Below, piece after piece: positions 1 through 9,408 of a stretch of DNA of 64,000 nt. Within the stretch, counting starts at the first letter, position 1. Every line of letters begins with the position of its first letter. The notes under the pieces were generated by a model. The model saw nothing but the letters and a program-made list of their open reading frames with translations. It had not been told where the DNA came from and did no database searches. Source of the DNA: Paraspadella gotoi (lineage: Eukaryota; Animalia; Chaetognatha); assembly GCA_051294375.1 (NCBI GenBank), contig CM119269.1, forward strand, positions 16,949,030 through 17,013,029, written 5' to 3'. The translations under genes and the position numbers were made by a program.

Positions 1-618
1 CTACGGGTCCTTGCTGGTCCTCTGCTCGCGTCCTGACTCGCGGTTGAAGTGCGTGCTCTCCGAATTAAGTCGAATGCTCCTTCTTTCTTNNNNNNNNNNN
101 NNNNNNNNNNNNNNTTTTTTCACTTCGTCGTTTCCTTTAGATCCCCGAGTTGATTCACTGATTGGAATTATTTGTTTTATGACAGGAGTTGCTTAATTAA
201 TGCTCGCAAGTTTTCTAGTCAATTGAAAAAAATTTTTCTAAATGCCTTAATTGTTCAAAATTATCCTAATTTTAAAGATAAATGCTGAAAATATAAATTA
301 TAGGTCTCAAACAACATCTTACTTTTTACCTCACTCTCGCTTAATTCCTTTTTTTTCTATTACTTAATCGATTTTGTTTTCTTTCATCCTTCTTTTCTTT
401 TCGTGAAACATTCAGTCTCAATTTTATAAATCCTCTGCTCTTTTTTTTTCAACTCTCGACCTTTTTTCTTTCTTCTCGACTTCCTATGAACTATTTTTTT
501 CATTTTTATCTTCAAAGCCCAGTTAATTGTGATTAATCCCTCTTTATTTTTTTTTTCAGTCTCATTTCCCCCCCTTCTTCATTCCTCCTTCCTTCCTTCA
601 TTCATTTTTTTTCCCAAC

Positions 619-890
619 CTGGAGCTCGAACGAAAGAGGGCGACCTTCCCGTCTGCTCTCTCCTTCCCGCGCCTCTCGGCAACGCCTCCTTCTCTCCCTC
701 CTCCTCCTCTCCCGCTCGATAGAGGCGCCTCCGTCGTAAGTCCTCTCGCGCCGAAAATGAGGAGCGATGCTCTTTTGTTGACGAATGAGAATTCGATGCT
801 GGGATTCGACCAAAGCGCCGCCTCTCGACTGAGGAGGGAACGAAGGGTCCGCTTCGACGAACGGGAAAGACGGTTCGAGGAAAGAAGGAT
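619..890 (-). CDS. Probable internal coding exon (downstream linker region of the ADAMTS-like gene, or of another minus-strand gene)
   Basis: GC-rich island with pyrimidine-rich acceptor (ctcgtcctcccaacag) and CAG|GTTGGG donor. Open frame DPSFLEPSFPFVEADPSFPPQ...RPLSFELQ. No recognisable domain. Confidence 0.4.
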
Positions 891-1154
891 CTGTTGGGAG
901 GACGAGAGGAATGTAATGAGAGCGGGGAGGAAGGGAGTCGAACGGATGAACATAGTATATATACGCGTGTTTATAAATATACGCGTGTTTATAAATATAT
1001 AAAGAAACTTAGAAAGAACAAATGCATTTATTTAAAAACATTAGTAATGAGTTGATTTAAACAAAGTTAAGACTCGGAAATATTCAATTAATTAAAAAGG
1101 TTTTTACAGATAACAAGATTGACAACTTCAAGCGCTTCCCTTCTCTTCTCGCCA

Positions 1155-1195
<41 letters not shown>

Positions 1196-1260
1196 AAAAA
1201 AGAGTGATGTAATAACAGAGCAGGATAAGAAAGATCCCTGTGACAGTGCTATGTCGGGCG

Positions 1261-1762
1261 TGAGGGGAGATCAAATACTCGAGTCTCACCGCGGGTTTGA
1301 TGACCTTGATTATGATAGCTGGAAAATGGAGGGGGATAGGAGAGTAGACAATTGGAGAGAAAGAAAGGAAGGAGGAAGGTATAAATAGTGGCAAGAAGGA
1401 ATTAAAATAAAAAGGAGCAAAAAGAAAAAAAGAGAGAAAAAAAATAAGAAGGGAAGGTGCAAAGAAGCATGAAGAACAATGGGAAAGTGAGGAAAGGAAA
1501 GAGGGAGAAGGTATAAGTGACAAAGAAGAATATATAATATTATAAGAATCAAGAGAATAAGATGAAGAAGCCAATAAGAAAGGAGGGAAAGAAGGAATGC
1601 AGAAAAAATGGGCAATAGGAGGAAAGGAAAGAAGAAGAAGGAAAAGGTACGAAAAGATATTGACTGCAAGATTTTCTAGCAAACTTACGTATTGCTACGT
1701 AAGTAAAACTGTCCCCATTTCCCGGGTCGGGAAGAAAGGCCAGTAAACAAATAATGATCGGA
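1261..1762. repeat. Noisy duplicate of ~2608-3215 (probable assembly redundancy)
   Basis: Same sequence (gggatcaaatactcgagtc...ggaaaatggaggggga...) with many small indels. Ends at a 25-N gap. Confidence 0.7.
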
Positions 1763-1846
1763 ACNNNNNNNNNNNNNNNNNNNNNNNNNGTCTCTGTCAA
1801 TCTATCTTATCTTATCTATCTATCTATCTATCTATCTATGCATATG

Positions 1847-1893
<47 letters not shown>

Positions 1894-1957
1894 ATCTATA
1901 CCCTCTCTCTCTCTCCCTCTCTCCTCTCTCTCCTCTCTCTCCGAGTCTCTTCCTCTC

Positions 1958-1990
<33 letters not shown>

Positions 1991-2119
1991 TCTCTCTCCT
2001 TCTCTCCTTCCTGATTTTCTCTTCCCGAATGTTTTTTTTTGTTATTATCGCACAATCCATTTTCCCTTCGTCTTCCTCCTTCTACGTTTCCGTCAAAATA
2101 GTTTCCAGCAAAGAGTCTC

Positions 2120-2657
2120 ACTCCTGCGCCATTCGAAGCCCTTTTTGCCTCCGCCGTCCGTCGCGTCGTCGTCGTCGTCGTCGCCTTTTGTCGTCGTCGC
2201 TTCGTCTCAGCCGTCGTCGCCGTCGTGGTAGCCAAAAACTCTCGTAAAACGCGGTTCGACATCGAGCCCCAGGCGCTCGCACGACGCCGCAACGCTGCCG
2301 CCCGCGCCGCCGACGCGGCAGTTCGAAGTCTTCGTTTCTTGGTTTCGGTTGACGTTTGTTTTCTCTTATCTTCTTGTTGTTGTTTGTTGTTGTTCTCTTT
2401 TTTCCCGCGCTAGTTGTTGTCCGCTGGCGTCGTTTGGAATTCTTCCCATCGCCGGCGTAAGAGGCTCTTGAATGACCCTTGACGATTTGAGCTTTTTTCT
2501 TTTGGTTCTAATCGGTGAATTGTTGTTGTGGTCGTTGTTGCCCGAATGCCCTCGATGGACCGGAAATTGGCGCTGAATCCCGGCGAGATTCCGGCGAATT
2601 TCCGGCTGAGGGGATCAAATACTCGAGTCCACCCGGGGTTTTGACCTTGAAGATGAG
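2120..2657 (-). CDS. ADAMTS-like gene: exon ending the spacer domain plus low-complexity linker (frameshifted, 3' end uncertain)
   Basis: Phase-0 acceptor ttccag| at 2657. It reads LIFKVKTPGGLEYLIP as assembled; three single-base insertions give LIFQGQNPGVDYEYLIP, matching the spacer C-terminal motif (..Q.PNPGV.YEY). FEWRR near 2125-2140 resembles the start of a TSP1 repeat. Confidence 0.55.
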
Positions 2658-5453
2658 CTGGAAAATGGAGGGGGAAGGAAGGAGTAGAAATTGGAGAGAA
2701 AGAAAGGAAGAGAGAAGGTAAAAGTGGCAAAGAAGGAAATTTAAAATAAAAAGAGCAAAAAGAAAAAAAGATGAGAAAAAACAAATAAGAAGAGGAAGGG
2801 CAAAAGAAAGGCATGAAGAATGGGGAAAGTGAGGGAAAGGAAAGGGGAAGGTATAAGTGACAAAGAAGAAATAAAATAAAAAGAACCAAAAAAGAAAAAA
2901 GACGAGAAAACAATAAGGAGGAAGGGAAAAAGAAAGGAATGCCAGAAAATTGGGAACAGTAGGAAACGGAAAGGGAGAAGGTAAAAGTAACAAAGAAGAA
3001 ATAAAATAAAAAGAATCAAAAAGAAAAAAGAATGAGAAAACAAATAAGAGAGGAAGGGAAAAAGAAAGGAATGCAAGAAAATGGGAAAAGGAGGAAAAGA
3101 AAGAAGAAAGAAGGAAAGGACGAAAGAATATATGAAATTTTTAGCAAAACCATTAGTCATGCTTAACGTCAGTAAAAATTCATTTCGTGAGGAGTAAACA
3201 AATAAATGAGTCGGAAAACCAAAAGTGATACTTCGCAAAAAATCATAATGTGTAATTGAAAAATGGAAGGAAGAAGGAAGAGGAAGCCGTTTGAGGCGGA
3301 ATCAAGTTTTCCCTTGTCTGAATTAGCCGATGGGCTCTAATTTGGCGCTGAAAATAAGCACACCCCACCGCCAACAAAAAAAACAACCCAATCAGTCAAT
3401 ATTTTTTTTTAATTTATAAATGGTCTTCCTGTCTTTATGTGGCTTTTTGTGTCTTCAAATAATCCGAGCCCCGATTTTAACACGGACGGCCTCAAAGTTT
3501 GCCTGCGAATTTGGCGCCCTTTGAAACAAAAGCATATAAAATTATAGATATTATTCACTTATATATGCCCAATACGCAAGACGGTGAAGATTCTAACCAG
3601 TTATTCACTTCCGCTCCGTTCATGCCACAATTACAAATTTATCGCAGTAATATGTAAAGGAAATCAGAAACTTGATTCCCAAACGAAAATTCCATTTAGG
3701 ATGAAAGTGACTCATGTTCCACGGGATATTTTCAACTTTATACTTTCTTTTCAACGAAAAAAACTTCGCCACTTCCCCAAGATTCCCCCTCTAAATATTT
3801 TTCTATTTCGGAAGAAAAAACGATATCGTGATTTCATCAATCGTCGCTATTTCCCACTCTCGCGCCTTTCTCGCCACTTCCCACTTCCCCATTCCCATTC
3901 CCCACTTCTCCACTTCAGGCCATCTTCTTTATCAGTTTCTCCTCGTCTCTTATCTTTGACTTCCCTCGTTTCTCCTCTTCCACTTCTTCTCCGTGTGTTA
4001 TGCTATTGAACTTTAAATTATTTCCATGCTCATCTTTATTTAAACCTTTTTATTCTATAGTACTATTATCGGTCGGTCTTGTCCGTCCGTCGTCGATTGT
4101 CCCACTTACGTAAAAATTCATAATAGATTGGGTTGCTGCATTTGTTAGTAAGACAGAAATAAGAAACAAAATCTAAGGGAGTGCTAGGCCACGTTTCAGA
4201 AATACTAAAAAACTATAAAAATACAAGACGAAATTCCGATGCAGTGCGTGAATAAAATACAGCGGGCTTAAGAAAGTTATATGTACGATCGATGTCATTT
4301 TTCGGTCTCTATCCTTTCATCTCTTTCTCTTTTTTCTCCTTTTTTTGCCTCCGCAATTCTTCATGAACTAGCGTTCTCCCTTAAATTGAAATTGGTAACA
4401 CCTAAATATAAAAATTATCCATTCTAATTTAATAATAAGGCTATGTTGCCATGATATTTAATCTCTATTTCCTCTTCCTTCTCTCATCTCTAACAGACCT
4501 TTCACTTGGAATTGTTCCCGATCCCATCAAAAATTTAAACCATCCGAAGCGTATAGAAATTTTTTAAGAGAAAGGAAGAAAGGAAAGAGATTGAGAGAAA
4601 GAGAGGTAAGAGAGAGAGAGAGAGAGAGAGAAGCAGTAGATGAAGAGGCTAGAGGAGAGAGAGAGAGAGGAGAGAGAGAAGAGAAGAGGAGAGAGAGAGG
4701 AGAGAGAGAGAGAACGCAGACAGGACAGACAGACAGCAACGGGTTGGAGGGAAAAAAAAGGAAGGGAATAATTCTTTCCGAGTAACCAATTTCCGCAAAT
4801 AGATCTCTTCGCGCTCGCTTCTCTCCTCTCTCTCCTCCTCTCTCCTCTCTCTTTTTCTCTCGTCTCTTCTCTCAGTCAGTCTCTCATCTCCTCTCTCTCT
4901 CTCTCGTTCTCTCTGCTACTCTCTCTTCTCTCGATGCATAAGATAGATTTTCATGTATTTAGGCATCGAAATATACGTATCATTCTCATGTTTACATTTC
5001 TTATTCTTAAAATTGCGCAACCAGTTAGAGTTTAGGTTAGTAAAGATAAGGTTAGAAGGTAGGGGTTAGGATTTGAATTATAAATTTGTCATTAGTGGGA
5101 CGAGAGAGTAGAGAGAGAGAGAGTAGATGAGAGAGAGAAGAGGAGAGAGAGAAGAGGAGAGAGAGAGAGAGAGAGAGGAGGAGAGAGAGAGAAGACCACA
5201 GGCTGTCCTACAATAAAGTAGCTCTTAATTTAAATTTAAATTAAGAGATCTAAATTCTAGATATAATTTTATTTGATATTGTAAATCAGATTTTTTCGAT
5301 TTCATTCGTCCCATCGTCACTTCCGTTCTTTTTTTTCCCCAAACCCAGTCAACAATATCCCGCAGTATCCACCCACACGCCACGAAGTTCACCTGTACTA
5401 CCAAGCGATCCCCATCCATTCAAGTCAACCCAGCCCACCCTCACCTTCCTCAC

Positions 5454-5642
5454 CATCAATGTTCCACGCCCTTCTTCCACGGTCCTTCCGAAGCTGAGCG
5501 CTCTCCAAACTTCCGGTTGATCGCGTCTGTAAAAAGGAAGACGCCACCCGCCGGCCATAAACCGCCCGACCACATGGATGGGTAGTTGCCGTTGAGGGTG
5601 AAGGAGGAGGAGGGAGGAGGAAGAGGAGGACAAATGCGAGTG
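5454..5642 (-). pseudogene. Frameshifted duplicate of the ADAMTS spacer exon at 7998-8179 (likely assembly artefact)
   Basis: Near-identical sequence with indels (..YRRDQPEV.., ..GNY..), inside the tandem duplication. Confidence 0.6.
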
Positions 5643-5720
5643 CTGGAAGCGCGTAATGGAGGAGGACTTCATCGTTATATAAATAACGCGGGGAAAGTGA
5701 CGAAACGGAGCGCAGGAATG

Positions 5721-5755
<35 letters not shown>

Positions 5756-6444
5756 AAGGAGAGGGAGAGAGACAGAGGAGAAGAGAGAGGGAGAGGGAGG
5801 AGAGAACGAACACGAGAACAGAGAGAGAGAAAAAGTGATACTTCGCAAAAAATATAATGTGAAATTGAAAAATGGAGGAAGAGGAAGAGGAAGCGTTGAG
5901 GCGGAATCAAGTTCTTGTCTGAATTAGCCGATGGCCTCTAATTTGGCCTGAAAATAAGCACAAAAAAAAAAAACAACCCAATCAGTCAATTTTTTTTTAA
6001 ATTTATAAATGGTCTTCCTTCTTTATGTGGCTTTTTGTCTTCAAATAATCGAGCCCCGATTTACACGGACGGCCTCAAAGTTCGCCTCGCGAATTTCGCG
6101 CCCCTTGAAAACAGAAAGCATATATAATTATAATATTATAATATTATATATGCCAATGCAAAGACGGTGAAGATTCAAAGTTCATTCCACTCCGCTCCGT
6201 TCACCCCATAAAAATTTATCGATCAAATGTAAGGAAATCACGAAACTTGATTCCACACGAAAATTCCATTTAGATGAAAAATGACTCACGTTCCAACGGG
6301 ATTTTTCAACTTTATACTTTTTTCAACGAAAAGAAATTCGCCCACTCCCCAAGATCCCCCCCTTCTAAATAATTTTTTTTCTATTCGGAAGAAAAAAACG
6401 ATATCGTGATTTCATCATCGTCGCCATTTCCCACTCTCGCCTTT

Positions 6445-6490
6445 TCCCACTTCCCACTTCCCACTTCCCACTTCCCACTTCCCACTTCCC
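6445..6490. repeat. (TTCCCAC)n heptamer minisatellite
   Basis: About six perfect units; a degenerate copy lies at ~3850-3915. Confidence 0.85.
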
Positions 6491-7152
6491 GGCCTCTTCT
6501 TTCAGTTTCTCCCTCGTCTCTTCATCTCTTGACTTCCCTCCTTTCTCTCTTCCCACTTCTTCTCCGTTTGTTATTGCTATTAACTTTACATTTTTCCATG
6601 CCTCATCTTATCTTTAACCTTTTTATCTATAAGTCACTCTTCGGTCGGTCTGTCCGTCCGTCGGTCGATCTGTCCCACTTACGTTAAAAATGCATATAGT
6701 TGGTTGCTCATTTGTTAAAACAGAAAAAAAACATCAAATCTAAGGGACTGCTAGCGCCACCTTCAGGAAATCCTAAAACTATAAAAAATACAAGACCAAA
6801 TTCCGATGCAGTGCGTGACATAAATACACGGGCTAAGAAAGTTATTGTAGTCATGGTCATTTTTCTCTCTCTTTTCTCATCTACTTTCTCTTTTTTCCCC
6901 TTTTTTCTCCGCATATTCTTCCAAACTACGTCTTCCTCCTTAAATGAAATTGGTACAACCAATATAAAAATTATCCATTCCATTTAATAATATAAGCTAT
7001 GTTGCCCCTGATATTTACACTCTATGTTCCTCTTCCTTCTCTCATCTCTACAACCTTTCACTTGGAATTCGTTCCCGATTCCATAAAATTTAAACCAACC
7101 GAAGCGTATAGAAATTTAAGAGAAGAAAAGAAGAAAGAAAGAGATGAGAAAG

Positions 7153-7194
<42 letters not shown>

Positions 7195-7701
7195 TGATAG
7201 AGAGAGAGGAGAGAGAGGAGAGGAGAGAGAAGGAGAGAGAGGAGAGAGAGAGAGAGAGGAGAGAGAACGAACAGGACAGACAGACAGAACATGACGGGTG
7301 GACGGGAAAAAAAAGGAAAGGGAATAAATTCTTTCCGATAACCAACAGTTCCGAATATAGATCTCCTTCGCGCCTCGCTTCATCTCTTCTCTCTCTTCTC
7401 CTCTCCTTTCTCCCTTCTCTTCTCTGCAGTCTCGTCTCTCTCTCTCTCTCGTCTCTCTCTACTCGATCTCTCATCTTCTCGATGCATAGATAATTTTACA
7501 TGTAATTTAGGATCGAAATATACGTTCATTCTCATGTTTTACATTTTTATTCTTAAAATTTTTCGCAAACCCAGTTAAGGATGTTAGGTTATAAAGATAA
7601 GGTTTAGAGGTATGGTTATGGGAATTTGTATTATAATTTGTATTCAGTGGGAAGGAGAGGAGAGAGAGAGAGAGATGAGAGAGAGCGAGAGGAGAGAGAG
7701 A

Positions 7702-7756
<55 letters not shown>

Positions 7757-7997
7757 AGGCCTGTCCACAATAACGTAGCTTATTTAAATTTAAATTAAAT
7801 CTAAATTTAGATATAATTTATTGATAATTTTTAAATCAGTTTTTTCGATTTCATTCCGTCCCATCGTCACTTCCGTTCTTTTTTCCCCAAACCCAGTCAA
7901 CAATATCCCGCAGTATCCACCCACGAAGCTTCACCCTGTACTACCAAGCGATCCCCATCCATTCAATCCACCCAGCCCCACCCTCACCCTTCCTCAC

Positions 7998-8179
7998 CAT
8001 CAAATCCACGCCCTTCTTCCACGGTCCTTCCGAGCTGAGCGTCTCTCCAACTTCCGGTTGATCGCGTCTGTAAAGGAAGACGCCACCCGCCGCCGAGTAA
8101 CCGCCCGACCACTGGATGGCGTAGTTGCCGTTGAGGATGAAGGAGGAGGAGGAGGAGGAAGAGGAGGACAATCGAAGTG
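7998..8179 (-). CDS. ADAMTS/ADAMTS-like spacer-domain exon
   Basis: cttccag| acceptor and |GTGAGG donor, phase 1 to 0. (A)LRLSSSSSSSSSFILNGNYAIQWSGGYSAAGGVFLYRRDQPEVGETLSSEGPWKKGVDLM fits the spacer pattern ALR..YIING.WAI..G.Y..AG..F.Y.R....E...AEGP. Confidence 0.85.
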
Positions 8180-8257
8180 CTGGAAGCGGTAATGGAGGAG
8201 GAACTTCATCGTTATATAGAGGAGAAGCGATAGGAGGAATGGAGAGAGAGAGAGAGA

Positions 8258-8325
<68 letters not shown>

Positions 8326-8601
8326 CAGAGAAACCTAGAAAAAAAAATCATTTGAACTTCGACAGGTTTATTTTGACATGTGAAAGGAAAAGACAAATAC
8401 AATCCAGGAATCAAAATAAAAATATCTTACACGCAAATAACTTAATATCAGTCGAGAGACAATAATCAACTGAATAACCGCAAGGCGGGAAAATCGGCGA
8501 ATCCCAAAAAAATGAGCGACGAAAACTCCAGACAGAATGACAGAAAGAAAGACAAACAAACAGACAGACAGAGAGTCCTCCGGTTTTCTTCCCTTATTTA
8601 C

Positions 8602-8747
8602 CCAAGTAATTTTTGCTGGGGCGTCGTTCCGTGGCGTTGAATCTACAGGCGTTGGAGGGGATTTTCATCAAAGTGTTATAACCGAGTTTGAATTCCGCGC
8701 TCGGGGGAAAACTTCGCTGGATCCTTTGGCAGTGTTCCCTTCTCGGG
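8602..8747 (-). CDS. ADAMTS/ADAMTS-like exon (end of Cys-rich region, start of spacer domain)
   Basis: cccttcag| acceptor and |GTAAAT donor. PRREHCQRIQRSFPPSAEFKLGYNTLMKIPSNACRFNATERRPSKNYL matches C..V.G.F....GY.....IP.GA..I..TE...S.NYLAL and splices in phase to exon 7998-8179. Confidence 0.85.
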
Positions 8748-9243
8748 CTGAAGGGAGGAATGGAAGTGGGGAAAGGGATTACATTTTATACCATAGAGAG
8801 AGAGAGAGAGAGAGAGAGAGCGTTTTCCGGTTCGATCCCAAGGCGATTTTTCCATAGATCCTTCTTTCTCCAGATTCTGTTGCTATTTTTAGAATTCTGT
8901 AAGGAATCAGGAATATACTTAGCTTTGAATAATTGATAAAAAGCCAAAGTTTCGATGTCTTGGCTTCGCTCCCCGAATCCCCGCCCTCAATGAGCCACCG
9001 GGTCACAACTGAAAAAGTCATGCTTATAGGCGGGGTGAACCTAGGCAATGCCCGACTACATGCCCCCCAGATTGTAACCCACCCTGCACTGCTTCCAGTG
9101 GAGGGAGGGGAGCAATCTTCGGCTCGTCCATGGGCCTGGAATCAGAAGGTTGGAATACGCTCAAAAGGATGGGCTCACCAGTGGATATGGCGCTAAGTGG
9201 GCAGAAGATGACTATCCGTAACTTCTATAACCCCCTTTAGTAG

Positions 9244-9331
9244 CTATGGAACGGGTCCTGGGCTTGGAACCAGGCTTGAGGGTTCGCCACACCCCCAAGG
9301 CAGCTTACGGCCGTCCTCACTCTTCCCACAG
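9244..9331 (-). ncRNA. Twister ribozyme, circularly permuted (type-P5-like)
   Basis: Minus strand CUGUGGGA-AG-AGU-GAGGA-CGGCCG-U^AA-GCU-GC-CUUGGGGGU(gtggcga)ACCCUCAAG-CCUGG-UUCCAAGC-CCAGG-Acccg-UUCCAUAG. P2 GCU/AGU, P3 9 bp, P4 CCUGG/CCAGG with loop UYCCAAGC, T1 UCC/GGA, T2 GC/GC, P5 CUGUGGGA/UUCCAUAG. Predicted cut between 9307 and 9306. Confidence 0.8.
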
Positions 9332-9333
9332 GG

Positions 9334-9408
9334 TAGGTACCGGGTTGGGATAGAACCCGGTACCTAGTGGTCATGAGCTGATGGCTTTACTCAATGAGCC
9401 ACCGGGTC
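9334..9408 (-). promoter_or_regulatory. tRNA-like Pol III internal promoter (A and B boxes) of the element
   Basis: Minus strand GACCCGG-TGGCTCATTGAG (A box), D-arm GGCTC/AAGCC, anticodon-like loop CTCATGA, and GGTTCTATCCC (B-box-like, 9347-9357). The acceptor stem is imperfect, so this is not a true tRNA. Confidence 0.7.

Larger units (their letters stand above)
3221..8330. repeat. ~2.6-kb tandem duplication (3221-5830 ~ 5831-8330)
   Basis: Both copies start aaaagtgatacttcgcaaaaaat and stay collinear to the spacer exon. Differences are mostly 1-bp indels; the first copy is noisier. Confidence 0.9.

Noticed and set aside
9334-9408. Functional tRNA-Met gene
   Set aside because: The acceptor and anticodon stems do not pair properly and the T loop is non-canonical; it is the head of a repeat element.
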